Assembly (NCBI GenBank): GCA_951406725.2
Contig: OX597830.1
Location: 69,254,001 to 69,318,000 of the forward strand
From: Octopus vulgaris
Taxonomy: Eukaryota
DNA: 64,000 nucleotides
Direction of reading: 5' to 3'
The notes beneath the pieces were generated by a model. The model was not told where the DNA came from. It saw only the letters and a list, made by a program, of their open reading frames with translations, and did not search any database. Shown in pieces: positions 48,707 to 61,559 of this stretch. Position numbers and translations under genes: made by a program. Position 1 is the first letter of the stretch; every line of letters starts with the position of its first letter.

Positions 48707-50400
48707 AAAAAAAGTTTCTGGACCAGTGTCATCAAAGGTTGCGCCGCTTCGGAGCGAGGATGGTACAGAATTATTAACAAATCCTAAAGATATTGTTGGG
48801 AGATGGAAAGAACATTTTGACGATTTGCTCAATAGACCTACTAAAGTTGACCTCTCTTTTCTTGATAATATATCTGGGAGACCAATAAAACATCTTATAG
48901 CAGAAGTTCCAAACCTGGTTGAAATAAAAGCATCTATCAGGAAATTGAACTATAGAAATGCTCATGGCATGGATGGACTAGGTACAGAGATATATAAATA
49001 TGGTGGTGATCATCACTGTACAATGTTGACGGATGTGATTCAGACGGTTTGGCATAGTGAAGAGGTTCCTCCGGATTGGCGTGAAGCAACTATGGAAACG
49101 ATGTCTGTGATAATTATCGCGGTATCTGTTAGCTGTTGCTGGAAAGGTCCTTTGTAGAGTAATGCTCGACAGATTGTTTCTGCACATTGCTGATGAGGTT
49201 CTACCAGAATCGCAATGTGAGTTTAGGGATAGAAGGAGTACTATGGATATGATATTTTTAGCAAGAGAAGTACATCGAACAGGATATGGACGTATACCAG
49301 ATTTTCAATGATCTAACAGAAGCGTTTGATTCTATCAATGGAATTGTACTTTGGGAGATCCTGAAAAAGCTAGGATGCCCTGAAAAATTTGTAAGAATGC
49401 TTAGACAATTTCATGACAAGACAGAAGTGAGAGCTAATGTTGGATGTACCTTATCAGATCCAGTTTCTCTATAAAATGGTGTAAAACAAGGTGATATTCC
49501 TGCTCCTGCATTGTTTGCTATGTATTTTGCAATAGTCTTTCAAATAGCTTTTGAAGATTGCACTGAAGGGATCTATATATATAGTTGAAGCATATGCAGT
49601 AATGAGTGTTGCATAGCGACCTTTTCTTAATGGAGGTGTTTAAGACATCAAACGATCAGAATTATCACATGGTAGTTCCTCAAGGTTTGAAACCAAAGTG
49701 GTTTTGATAGTAAATCCCACTCTTGATTCTGTCTTATAGGTCTCCTCTCTACTGCTCCAAAATAAATGATACACAGCAGATTTCTCTACCAAATCCCACT
49801 TTCCATGAATTTTTGTTTCGGCTAACTCTACAACATTCATGTCGCTGTAACTCTTTTTCAACAAGCGCGGATCTCTCCGGACGAGATTTCAGACAATCAT
49901 TGTCTAACATTCGAACATTCCAACATCCTATATTCAAAGGCTTGCATCTTAACCTGAATTTACTCACAGTTGCAAGATGACGACCAGATCCAGGTTGTCG
50001 TGCCCTGGGACACCTGCCGGGCCAAACCACAAAACAAAATGTTCCAGAGCCCTTTTTGTCATTTGCTTCAGTATCAATATGAACTTTCATTGTTTAGTTG
50101 TGCCTTTTTAAGTTTTGGTGGTCAACCATGTACATACAAGATGTTCATTTTCTTTTCCTCTCCAGCAATACCTGTGCCTGACACATTTTAAAACGAGGAA
50201 GAGTGTTGCACAGCAACCATTCCCACTCTCTAAACTACAATGCATGATCCAAAAAGAATAATAAGTCGAGATCATTGGGTGCATTTGCAGTCGCATATTT
50301 TATATCCAAGTGTTCTTCTCCGAGTCTTTGCTCAGCCAAAGGCTAACTACAAGACAGCAGTGAAGTATTTAAATTCAGAGTTACTTTCTCCGAGATAGAC
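46470..50400 (-). mobile_element. Near full-length decayed RTE LINE with an internal inversion (47802-49577)
   Basis: Minus strand: EN start (LNIGCWNVR) near 49930, RT C-terminus 47417-47800, RLPKQLLCGEL near 47130 and zinc-finger tail near 46700. The middle (GDFNARVG, TTWMHPGSK, GVKQG) is on the plus strand. Confidence 0.85.
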
Positions 50401-50429
50401 TACCTTCGCCACGACTTGCGTAAGCAGAG

Positions 50430-50820
50430 GAATCCTATCCAACCCTCATCTATTTATTTAAAAAAGACTAAGATAAGAAAAATAAAATTAAGAATAAAAT
50501 TGACATACAATATATACAATGTAAAACACAATATACAATATGCACACAAACAGCTTGAAATACAATATATACAGTATATACAGATAGGCACACAGGTTTT
50601 AAATGCAATATTTACAATACATACACACAAACTTAAACACTCCACACGCACATCCACAAACATACGTTGTTGAATGGCCGTTGACTACGCTGTAGTTCCT
50701 CCGCCCTTTGACATGTCTTATTTTCTGTCCCGCAGGGCATCCACCAAATACCCACCTCATCAAGCAAGCCATTGTGGGGTTACCGGTTTAGTTGCCGACA
50801 ACCCGACCATATAACAGGTT
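50430..50820. repeat. Unclassified dispersed repeat; related copy at ~55300-55660
   Basis: gttgaatggccgttgactacg...tttagt(t/c)gccgac(a/g)acccgaccat is shared by both copies. Confidence 0.7.
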
Positions 50821-50824
50821 GTAC

Positions 50825-51292
50825 TACCGAAAGGTGCTTGATAGCATTCCCCACACATGGATCCTAGAAACACTAGCCATGAACAAGGTGGCACTAATAA
50901 TCATAAAATGTATAACACATTCCATAAATAAATGGCAGACCTTGCTACAGCTCCAAACAAAAGAGGGATTCATAAAAACCAAAGCCATCCCCATTAGAAG
51001 AGGAATATTCCAGGGAGACACGCTCTCTCCACTCCTTATATGTTTCACACTGACACCTTTATCTGACAGAACTGAAAGCGGATACGACTGTTACGGCAAA
51101 GCAATCAGCCGCCTCTTATGTATGGATGACCTAAAACTGTAGACTACAAATGATAAACACCTGGAATCAATACTACAGACAGTACATGGATTTACCAAAC
51201 AAATAAATATGAAATTTGGCTTAGAAAAATGTGCCAAAGCAACCTTGAAAAGATGGGATCTACTTAAGAGTAGCAGCATCACACTAGATAAA
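50825..51292 (+). mobile_element. R4/Dong-type RT fragment, same family as 42558-44275
   Basis: DSIPHTWI, IRRGIFQGDTLSPLL, LLCMDDLKL, MKFGLEKCAK. Confidence 0.85.
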
Positions 51293-51299
51293 GCTAGAG

Positions 51300-52545
51300 T
51301 TCAAATCCAGATGCAGTATTCCATTGCGAATTACAGAAGAATTTATGTGCCATATGAAAATAAGTGATTCCAGAGGTAATTGACGAGGTTACAATGGGCC
51401 AGAGGCATGTCTATGATTGTGTTGATCGCAGTCCTAGAGAAGTTTGACAACAACCAGATAAGCTGTTTGGCGGTCTGACTGTTTTGTTTTCTGGAGAATG
51501 GAAGCAGATCTTGCGCTTGGTGCAAAGAGGTTACAGAGTCCAGATTGTTCATGCCATATTAAAACAGTCATACATTTGGAACCATGTCCAAAGCTTTCAG
51601 TTGTCTGTCAATATGAGAGTCCGAAATTCTTGCGGTGTTGACACTACTTTCGCACCCTATCTTGACCAGCTGGGGAATAGAACATTTTCTCTCAATAAAG
51701 AAATTTGTGAATACAAAATATCTATAGCCCCACCGCATTTGATTGACTCTACAAAGCTACAGGATCTTTGTGAAGTGGTCTTCAGGGCTATTGAGGATAA
51801 ATATAGAGAGGGTCTATGGATAAGCAGCAGAGCCATCATTATTCCTACAAACAAGGCTGCTGAAAAAGTAATAAAGTTGTCATGTCAAAACTTCTACAAG
51901 GATATAGTAGAACTTATCAAAGCTGTGATACTTTATACGAAAACGAGACTGAGTTCCCGCCGGAACTGATCAATGATCTCAACTCATCAGGATTTCCACC
52001 ATACATTTTGGTTTTGAAGAAGCACTCTTCAATTATGCTGCTCAGAAACCTTGATCCAGCAGGAGGTCACTGTAACGGAACAAGATATATGGTCGTGAAT
52101 TTGCACAACCACCTTATTGAAGCAGATGTGGCCGATGGGACACATGCTGGAATCCGAATAATGATACCACGAATTCCACTGACCACCACTGAAGACTATC
52201 CGTTCTCATTTTCCAGGAAGCAGTTTCCTCTGAAACTGGCTTTTGAAAGGACAAATCCCAAGGTCAGACTTAAGAAACAGTTGGAATTTACCCGCCAACA
52301 CCTATGTTCATCCATGGCCAGTGCTATGTTGCCAACAGCACGATCGGTTCTGGGAACAATGAGCATATATTGGCTTTGGACTCAAAGTATAAGGGTATGA
52401 ATGGAATATACACTTACAAAGTTGTCTATTAGGAAATTCTATAAGAAAATTATAGTAGGTTTCACATTTTACTTTCAAACTACAAACAGGAGTGTAGATA
52501 TGTAAGTAACTGAATCGACCGACTGGAGGGCGGTGGTTCAGCTAG
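51300..52545 (+). mobile_element. 3' part of an autonomous-type Helitron: PIF1 helicase pseudogene plus terminus
   Basis: LFSGEWKQIL.LV, LSVNMRV, RAIIIPTN, GFPPYIL.LK..SSIMLLRNLDPAGGHCNGTR, IPRIPL, RKQFPLKLAF. Hairpin at 52518-52534, then TTCAGCTAG|T ending at 52545. Confidence 0.9.
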
Positions 52546-52669
52546 TTTCTATAATTTTGAAATTTTATCACTTTTCATTCTGAACTCGACAAAGACAAGC
52601 TATCTGTCGAAATATCGTTCAACCAATAAAATATCGACTGCAGTCGCATCGCGCTCTTCCTCTTGACTA

Positions 52670-52698
52670 GGAAGAAGAAGAAGAAGAAGAAGAAGAAG

Positions 52699-52730
<32 letters not shown>

Positions 52731-52754
52731 GAAGAAGAAGAAGAAGAAGAAGGA

Positions 52755-52789
<35 letters not shown>

Positions 52790-52870
52790 AGAACAAGAAG
52801 AACAAGAAGAAGAAGAAGAAGAAGAAGAAGAAGAAGAAGAACAAGAACAAGAAGAAGAAGAAGAAGAAGA
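52670..52870. repeat. (GAA)n microsatellite, ~200 bp
   Basis: Read directly from the sequence. Confidence 0.95.
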
Positions 52871-53619
52871 TGTCAGCTCCGCGCTGAATAACAATATGGG
52901 CGTGTTACACGGGACTCTCCATACAAATACAAATCTAATCTAATAACACCAGTGTTATAGGAAAAAGGAACCCGCGGAAGACTTGCAGGAAACGGCATTA
53001 TAACGAAAATAATCCCAAAAAACGAAATTTTACTGCCATAGGAAAACAGTTTCTCCCATGTACGATGTCTCAGTGAAAGATGTGCGAAAGACACGTGCGA
53101 AATCAACGTCGAAAACTTTACAAATTATAAAATATAAGTGGAAGAAAACAGTAAATTCATAAATTGATTTAATTATGCATACACTCGAATGTCTATGCAT
53201 TCGTATATTAATACCCATAGGACTACACATACACCCAATGTTTACACAACTACGTGAAATTTACAGGACACACATACAAGTATATGACAGCACGTGTCGC
53301 AAACGAAACAAAACTATAAGAATACCATTTTCTTCGAACTAACACAGAGTGAATAATTCATAAGTTTTAAATAACTGCAACGAAACTATGCCCGGAGATA
53401 AATCTGTCAACAACAACGAAAACATACAGACGAATACAGATCTGTTTGCCTTTAAAAGCGATGTTACGAGCAATGCTTTCATTCAGAGAACATGTTGTCT
53501 CAAAATGTTAACGCAAAACAAACAGATCCTACCTTAATATTAACGTCCAAACGCATCATGCCTCAAAGATAACAAAGCAATATACACACCGGATCGTTCG
53601 TCACCAGAGTCAACATGGG

Positions 53620-54255
53620 CCGCGCACGCCAGTGAGGGACCAGACTGGGTGTGAAAAATCAGATATTGGTTCAAATCTTTTCTATGACGCAGGAGCTCGA
53701 AGTGCCCCACAACCGGAATATTCCATCAAATGGCCATCCAAGCTCGTCATCAAATAACCAAAAGAAAAAGAATGAAAAATGGTCATTGGGAGATAGATCT
53801 AATACTGAACAAACCTACCTAAACTGAAGAGAGGAGCATCTTGAAGTAAGATCTTATATAGTAACAACCTTGCCAACGTCAGAAGAAACGAAGATGCAGG
53901 TAAAGAAGATACTACTGTGGAAATAATTACAGACTAACCCAGGTCTGATGAAAATGCGGTAATGATAATAAGAGTCAATGTAACTTATAAGCAAAGTGAA
54001 ATACTCTCTAAACCAAGCATAAACACCAAGGCAGATGAAAATCAAATAGATGAAGAAAGTCGCACAGAAATTGCCCCAACTGAACTGGAGGATCTAAGCA
54101 ATGAAATCCTGATAGAATGGCTGAAAATTAAAGAAACTGGTATGAATGAGCGTGACACTCTCCCGCAAATTCACAACTCTAACCAAAACCTGAAAGTAAT
54201 TGGTAAAATCCGTCTTGCACTTAAAGATATATTCTCAGCTGAAGATGTTGACATT
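53620..54255 (+). mobile_element. Probable N-terminal remnant of an R4/Dong-type ORF
   Basis: EWLKIKETGMNERDTLPQI resembles the R4-clade pre-RT region. No catalytic motif is visible. Confidence 0.35.
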
Positions 54256-55292
54256 ACACGGGCATTGAAGTCCCCGAGTATCAGCAGCTTGCTATTCTTT
54301 AGGAACTGACCGTAGCACTTTGGTGAGGTTCTGATAGAACAATTCTCTCTGCTCCAGAGTGTAGGTCGCAGTTGGAGCTTAAGCACTGATGAGTGTCAGG
54401 TGCATCTTGCCTTGGAGAGGAGTTCTCATCACCATCAGGCGATCGCTGATTCCTCTTGAGAGGGATTCCATGTTCTTGACGAGGGCGGTGCGAATGGAAA
54501 AGCCAACTCTTACTTCCCTGCGTTCATCCGCTGCTTTCCTTGACCAAAAGAAAGTGTATCTAGCCCCAGCCTCGGTGATCTCCCCCGTGACGGCGAAGCG
54601 TGTCTCGCTGAGGGCAGCAACATCAATGCTGTATATCTGCAGTTCACAACCCACAAGTGCTGTTCGACGTTCTGGTCTGTCACAGTTTTGGTTGTCCATG
54701 TGTGTCCTGATGCTCCAGGCTCCAACACATAAAGTACTTTTCGGGCGGGAAGATTTTGGATTCATCTTTCGTATTTCTTTCATGTTTCGACCGAGTGGTA
54801 TATGACCAGTTAGCGGCGGTATGCTGGCAGGATGAGATGAGGCAAGCTTTCTTTAGGTCACCTTTTCTAGACCCTTCCCCCTAAGGGGGCAAGCAGTGAT
54901 ATCCCTGAAGAGGGCTGCTCCGTCGTCAGAGTGGCTGCCGAACTATGCCCTTGCCCCAGTAGGTTGCAGAACGACAACCCGAGTGTAGGTACATGGCTAG
55001 CAGCTCCCAGCGCTATCCTGCACCTCCCACAACCACCACGCGCCCATCGCCTCAGGACTTGGAAGAAGAAGAAGTAGAGGAGGTGGAGTCACTGAATCCT
55101 GGGCAAGGGAACTGTGGAGGCCTTGAGTTGCGCAAGCCCACCCCACCCCCCTCTCGGTCCAGCTGATCTAGCCAGGAGGGACACAGGACGATACATCCTA
55201 GCCACGACTGGACTGCAGGCGCTGCTGGAGATGATGGACTTCATTACCTAACCGCCTTAGGGGCGCCACTTCGGCTTTGGATACGGTTTACT
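54255..55292 (-). mobile_element. RTE LINE 5' UTR plus endonuclease fragment
   Basis: ORF 54379-54783 LCVGAWSIRT..RPERRTALV..IDVAALSETR..YTFFWS..ISA, then LGDFNARV. Confidence 0.9.
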
Positions 55293-55696
55293 CCCTAGCC
55301 TTTAATTAACCAACAAAACCTACCCGCAAGGCAGCAGGAGACTCTTGGAGAGCGGGAACGTCTCACTACCCGTACAGGACCAGAAGGACCTGCCCACTGC
55401 CTAAACGATATATACAATTTAAAAAAGAAAGAACTCAGTATATACAATACATACACACAGGGAGTCCAAAATTCAACACACACACAAACACCCCACAAAC
55501 ACACATAGTTGAATGGCCGTTGACTACGTTGTAGTTCCTCCACTCTGTTACAGGTCTTACTTTTTTGTCCCGTAGGGTGTTCAACAAGCACCGACCTTAC
55601 CAAGCAAGCCTGGTGGAGTTGGCAGTTTAGTCGCCGACGACCCGACCATGGAACGTGTGGTGCTGGGCTACATGGTACCTGTAGCACTCGAGAGCC

Positions 55697-56810
55697 ATGC
55701 TCTTCCGCGCCCTATCAAAGTCTGATGCTGGTGTCACTATTCGCTACAGATGTGACGGCCGATTCTTTGACCTCAGACGTCTGAAGGCAAAAACCAAAGT
55801 CCTGGGCGCCGTAGTGAGAGACTTCCTGTTTGCAGACGATTGTGCGCTTGCAGCATTGAATGAACCAGACCTGCTGCAAGAACTTGACACTTGTCTCGCA
55901 GAAGCAGCAAAAGCCTTCGGACTGACCATTAGCCTGCGAAACACTGAAATGATGCTTCAGCCTGCACCTGGCATGACACCTCCTGAGTCTCAGATTAGAT
56001 TGAGGGCACAACCCTGAACAACGTGGAGAGCTTTACATACCTGGGAAGCTGTCTGTCCTCAAGCTGCAGCATGGACAAACATGTCTCCATGAGGCTTGCA
56101 AAAGCAGGAGCTTCGTTTGGCAGACTTTGGACATGTGTGTGGGCCGAACGAAGCGTTAGACTTTCCACCAAGCTGGCAGTCTATACGGCAGTCGTCATCA
56201 CCTCTCTGCTCTACGGCTGTGGGACATGGATGCTGTATAGGAGGCAAATGCGAGTACTTGACTAGTTCCATCTCTGCTGCTTGCGACGAATCATGTGAAT
56301 TTCCTGGGAGGACAGAGTCTCCAACACTGAGGTGCTTTGCAGAGCCTAAATGCCCGGTATCGAAGCCCTCATCATGAAGGCCCAACTCCGGTGGGTCGGA
56401 CATGTAGTCCGAATGGACGACGCGCATCTACCAAAGATGATCTTCTTCTCTGAGCTGGCTTCTGGAGTAAGAAACCCTGGAAGGCCACTGGGGCGATACA
56501 AGGACAGTCTGAAAACTTCCCTTGAGGCCTGCGGCATTTCAGCTCGTGGCTAAGAATCGCTTGCCTCTGACCGCAGCACCTGGCGTCCAGCTGTCCAAAA
56601 GGGTGTTAGGCTGCTCGAGGAAAAGCGCCTCAAGAGCCTGGACCAGAAGCGACAAGCCCGAAAAGAGAGGATCTCCAATCCTACTTCTGCTGTTACGTGC
56701 CCAACATGTGGCCACGTCTGCGCGTCCGCCTTTGGGTTCCGCTCTCACCTCTGGTGTCACTGATGTCACTGTCAAACCCCAACAGACTTCCATCATATCA
56801 TGAGGGGCTG
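55697..56810 (+). mobile_element. RTE LINE RT C-terminus and 3' end
   Basis: FLFADDCAL, FGLTIS, FTYLGS, LRWVGHVVRM, terminal CPTCG..C...H. Confidence 0.9.
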
Positions 56811-57175
56811 TATGAATGTATGTTGGTCTGTGTGCATATTGTGTATGGGTGGGGGGTGCTATGTGTGCATATTATATGAGATTATATGCTCTGTTTGTTG
56901 GTGTGTATGTATTTTAGGTGTGTATGTTTGTTATGTGTATTGGTATGCGTGTACAGTTTGTGTGTGTGTATGCTATGTGAGTGTGTATGCTCTGTTTGTT
57001 GGTTAATGTGTATATTTTGTGGAGGTGTTTATGGTATGTGTGTTGCTGTGTTTCTATATTGTTTGCGTGTGTGTGTGTATTATGTGGGAGTGTGTGCTAT
57101 GTGAGTTGGTCTGTGTGTATATTATGTGGGGGGTGTATGCTATGTGTGTTGGTGCGTGTGTACATTTTGTGGGGG
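56810..57175. repeat. TG-rich degenerate minisatellite
   Basis: Recurrent gtgtatgctatgtg and ttggtctgtgtg units. Confidence 0.7.
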
Positions 57176-57180
57176 GAATT

Positions 57181-57255
57181 ACAACCGTGTTTCGTTGTCT
57201 GCTACCACAACAGCTCCTTTATAGGATCCAGTTAGCTCAAGACATCATCAGGAGG
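57181..57255 (-). ncRNA. Decayed hammerhead motif at the end of a GC-richer repeat (~57175-57690)
   Basis: Minus strand: CTGATGA-TGTCT...AGACA-AC-GAAAC-ACG-GTT. Stem I is not intact. Confidence 0.4.
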
Positions 57256-57707
57256 AACCACGTCCGGTTTCGGCCCCTACTCTCTACTGTTTTGACGTGG
57301 AGGGGCCCGGCCCCTTTCGGATGTGTCTCCTTTCTTTCGTTTCCTGGCCTCTTCGATGTATCGTCAGCGAGTGCCAGCCGGTCACTGACTAACTTGTCAA
57401 ATTTTCCCCTTTAAATACCTGCCGCCAGTCTCCAGCTTGCAGCCCCAGCAAGTTGTCACGTGATACTGTCTCACCTTAACTGACTAGTGAAGGCGCGTAG
57501 TCTTAGCCCTCGCATTCTCTAAACGACCGTCACCTGTCATTCAGCGAAGCTGATTCAGTGTCAGCTTGTCTCGCCTAGTGATGTTATTTCCTGCCGGCAT
57601 GTTATGACTTTCAAGCCATTTTCGGTCTTCCCGCTTCAGCCATAGATAGAAGCTGGCTTTTCCCACCGCCTACTGTACTCTTCTTATTAATTTTCTATTA
57701 CATTGGC

Positions 57708-58055
57708 TCCAGTACTCAACTGGTACTTATTTTAGCGACCCCGAAGGGATGAAAAGCAAAGTCGACCCCGGTGGAATTTGAACTCGGAACATAAAGACAG
57801 ACGAAATACTGTTAATCATTTTATCCGGCGTATATTTAAAAGCGGGCGAGCTAACAAAATCGTTAGCACGCCGGACGAAATGCTTAGCGGCATTTCGTTC
57901 GTTTTTACGTTCTGAGTTCAAATTTCGCCAAGGTCGACTTTGCCTTTTATTCCTTTCAGGGTCGATAAAATAGGTACCAGTCATGTACTGAGGTCGATGT
58001 ATTCGACTTATTCACTCATCATAAATTATTGGCCTTGTGCTAAAATTTGAAACGA
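57708..58055. mobile_element. Two SINE copies of one family in opposite orientation
   Basis: 57708-57830 (minus) and 57843-58055 (plus) share gtcgac..tttcatccc and gagttcaaatt motifs. Confidence 0.65.
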
Positions 58056-58067
58056 ATATTAGGAATA

Positions 58068-58103
<36 letters not shown>

Positions 58104-58359
58104 GCGTGTTATTTTTCCTCATAATTCTTAATTTCTCTTTTCTTTTTTTTTTTTTCTTAATTTTCCCGACTTGATTGGTGTAAAGAAATTTAATTTTGTC
58201 TCCACTAACCAAACACATCTAAAGAAAGTTGAAGAATTGTTAGAACGAAGCCAAAAATTAATATTGCGAATCTCTTAAGAGCAGGAACAGGTTGACAAGA
58301 GTTGTTTCCCTTTAATTGCTTTTCCTACAAAATTATGCAAAAAAAATAATTTTTAAATA

Positions 58360-58460
58360 TAGTAAGGCCTCGATATACGAGTTAATTTGTACTCGGAAAC
58401 CGCTCCTAAAACAAAAACTCGTAAAGCAGAGCAATAATTTTCCATAGTAGCAATGTTATA
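58360..58460 (+). mobile_element. Possible Tigger/pogo terminal remnant
   Basis: agtaaggcctcgatatacgagttaatt resembles pogo-family TIRs. The partner end was not found. Confidence 0.3.
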
Positions 58461-59170
58461 AACCGTAATTCGTTCCCAGAAAAATATTTTCTCTATAAAA
58501 TATATAATACTCGTCAATAAATGGCAATAAGCACCAAGTTTTGTCAGTGAACAAACAGGTCGTGGTTTTCAAGACGAAGAAAATATTTTGACACAAATGA
58601 AAATTAAATTAACGGTTTTTGTGTGTTCTTGGATGGCTTACAAATATCTTCCATGCTGCAATTGTTTTTTTGTTTTAGCACACGATCTCAGATCAAGTCA
58701 CTTGCTATGCAAATACATCTCCGTAAATGTAAAGAATATTTTATGTAAAGTGAAAAGAATGTCGAGATCATTTGTAATAAAAAAATATTATTATAATCGT
58801 TTTCTGAATCACTTTTACTCGCACTTGACTCGCGCACACCATCACTTGTAGACCCGATCGCCGATTCACAAGCACTCGTAGACGGACTTCTAGATTTCTG
58901 TTTAAAAACCAAATATAGAGTTGTTTGCTTAGAAGAAGCCTTTTTTCACTCTCTATAAATTTCTCTGTAACCTGCAGAAGCATTTGTTATGGTAATACGA
59001 ACTTTTGCACTTCATTCAAAATTGGGATCTTGTATATCCTGAATTTAAACCTTTCTGAAATATGAATAAATAAGTATTAAATAAGTAATCTGAATGCTAG
59101 AGGGTTAAAGCTGTTCACCATTTATCCAATCAATGGAGTAATAGATACATTTACCCTGTTTGTAGGGGTA

Positions 59171-59561
59171 CTCTTTTACTCTTTTACTCTTTTACTTGTT
59201 TCAGTCATTTGACTGCGGCCATGCTGGAGCACTGCCTTTAATCTAGCAAATCGACCCCGGGACTTATTCTTTCGTAAGCCCAGTACTTATTCTATCGGTC
59301 TCTTTTGCCGAACCGCCAAGTAACGGGGACATAAACACACCAGCATCAGTTGTCAAGCAATACTGGGGGGACAAACACACACACGCATATATATAAATGT
59401 AATTATATGACAGGCTTCTTTCAGTTTCCATCTACCAAATCCACTCACAAGGCTTTGGTCGGCCCAAGGCTATAGTAGAAGACACTTGCCCAAGGTGCCA
59501 CACAGTGGGACTGAACCCGGAACCATGTGGTTGGTAAACAAGCTACTTACTACACAGCCAC
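59171..59561 (-). mobile_element. tRNA-derived SINE, same family as 5485-5947
   Basis: Colinear with the 5485-5947 copy. Confidence 0.8.
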
Positions 59562-59893
59562 TCGGCTATCAAAACGAAGCGCTGATACTGAGCTTTCCCA
59601 TGAAACTACTCATATCATGTCATACTGTAGTGGAATACGTCTTGAATAAACAAAAATATAATTCTTTTTTTAGGAAGGGTGGGTCTCAAAGCAGATAAAG
59701 CTATAAATAATAGCCTCTAAATATTGGTTTAAAATCCTTGTGGATAGAAAATATTGACGGTGGCTCATGGGACGCAAACCTTCATCTCCTGTTATCATGA
59801 CAGATGTTCTGCCATTGTACCAAAGCAATCTTTTTAATTATTCAAACCGTTTTAAAACTTCATTGTTTCTAGCATGAATGTAATATGTAACTA

Positions 59894-60460
59894 TTGGGTT
59901 GTCCGGAAAGTTCATGCCGATTTTTAAAAGAAAGAAAAAGGTCAATAAATACTTGCCATTACATTTTTAATCAACTAAATATGAACCATTTTGTTGCACA
60001 ATGCGTCTCCATCTTTCCTTTAACTTGAAAGTACCCTCTTCCCAGAACTGAGGTGGTTTCATAGCAAAGAATTCATTAAGGTATCTTTTTTACGTCATCC
60101 AAGGAATTGAAATTTTTACCATTAAGACTATACTGCAGAGACCTGAATAAGTGGAAATCCAAAGGAGCAATATCTGGTGAATATGGAGGGTGGGGTAACA
60201 CCTCCCAGCCGAGCTGCAGCAATTTTTGTCTGATTCCCAAAGCATCAAGTGCCGAAAATGAACTTTTTTATCTTCCATTTTAAAGGGTTACAGAATTAAC
60301 ACAGATTATAGGAACATAAACCTTCTTCCACGAAAAGATAGCTTAAACTGTGCTCTAAATGGAGGTGTAGTCAAATCCTATTTTATGGACTCAACCATGT
60401 TCTAAAATAAGTCGAAAGGTAAGCTACTACAAATCAGCACAAACTTTCCAGACAACCCAA
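59894..60460 (-). mobile_element. Internally deleted mariner element
   Basis: TA TSDs at 59892-59893 and 60461-60462. TIRs ttgggttgtccggaaagtt and aactttccagacaacccaa. MEDKKVHFRHLML is fused to LPHPPYSPDIAP.DFHLFRSL. Confidence 0.9.
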
Positions 60461-60719
60461 TATAATATTCTCTGTATGCACCATATTCCCTTTAATATTT
60501 CTTATTCATAATAATATGTGTTTATCTTAAATGGAATGCAAAACAGTTCTCACAATTGTTCATAACATTTTTTCTTTTCGTCTCTTTTTCTCAAAGGAAT
60601 GCAAGACTGCCCTTACTATGTCCGAGCAGAGCTGCTTGGGGACAAACTCGCACGTAATCTTCTAGATTTCAAAATTCACAAGATTGTGAAAACAACTGCA
60701 GAATGGCCGGTTAGTTATA

Positions 60720-61536
60720 TCTTTATATATATAAAACTCTAGTTGTGTGAGTGTCTGTCCCCTTCGATTTAGATTCCTAACACCTCCCACATTTTGCGGT
60801 GCAGTTTAACCAAATTCGGGTATCTTATAGTCGTGATTCATATCGAGCCCGTCTGACTATTAGCGCGCGTCAACGATGAGTCTACGATTTTTAAAATAAT
60901 TTAACATCATTTTTTATTCCATTTTAATGCATAAAATGCATCGTATGTCGATGGCGGCGGAGTTGGCGTCCACGCTCACAGCTGCACCTGTTTGCTTCTC
61001 CCCCTTCCCTCCCTCGTGAAGCTGTGGGGAAGGGAGTGTAAAGAAATCAACGTCGTAATGCGTTGTGAAGGAAACCAGCGTTCTTTTAGAACAACGACTT
61101 CATGGCTTGAAGACACCAAAACAAAAATGGCTAAGAAAGCCCGAATTTATAAGGGAAGTAACTCTCTAAAAATGCTTATATAGTTATTTCCCTTACAAAC
61201 CCGAGCAACGCCGGGCGATACTGCTAGTCTTTATATATAAAACTGAATTTGTGTGTGTGAGTGTCTGTCTACTCCGATTTAGATTCCTATCTACTCCCAC
61301 ATTTTGCGGTGCAGTTTAACCAAAAGCGGGTATCTTATAGTCGTGATTCATTTCGAGCCCTTCTGGGTATTAGCGCGCGTCTACGATGAGTCTACGATTT
61401 TAAAAAAAATTTACCATCATTTTTTCGTTTTTTTAATGCATTTTAACTCGGTTTTATATAAGGGAAGTAACTCTCTAAAAATGCTTGTATAGTTATTTCC
61501 CTTACAAACCCGAGCAACGCCAGACGATACTGCTAG
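60720..61536 (+). mobile_element. Two head-to-tail non-autonomous Helitrons (60720-61227 and 61228-61536)
   Basis: A|TC...CTAG then TC...CTAG|T. Subterminal hairpin CCCGAGCAACGCCGGG. The bodies are shared and the second is internally deleted. Confidence 0.9.
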
Positions 61537-61559
61537 TTTCTTATACATATATAAATATC

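Noticed and set aside
54800-55292. HDV-like ribozyme in the RTE 5' UTR, known from other RTEs
   Set aside because: I could not assemble the double-pseudoknot pairing by eye; a descriptor search is needed.
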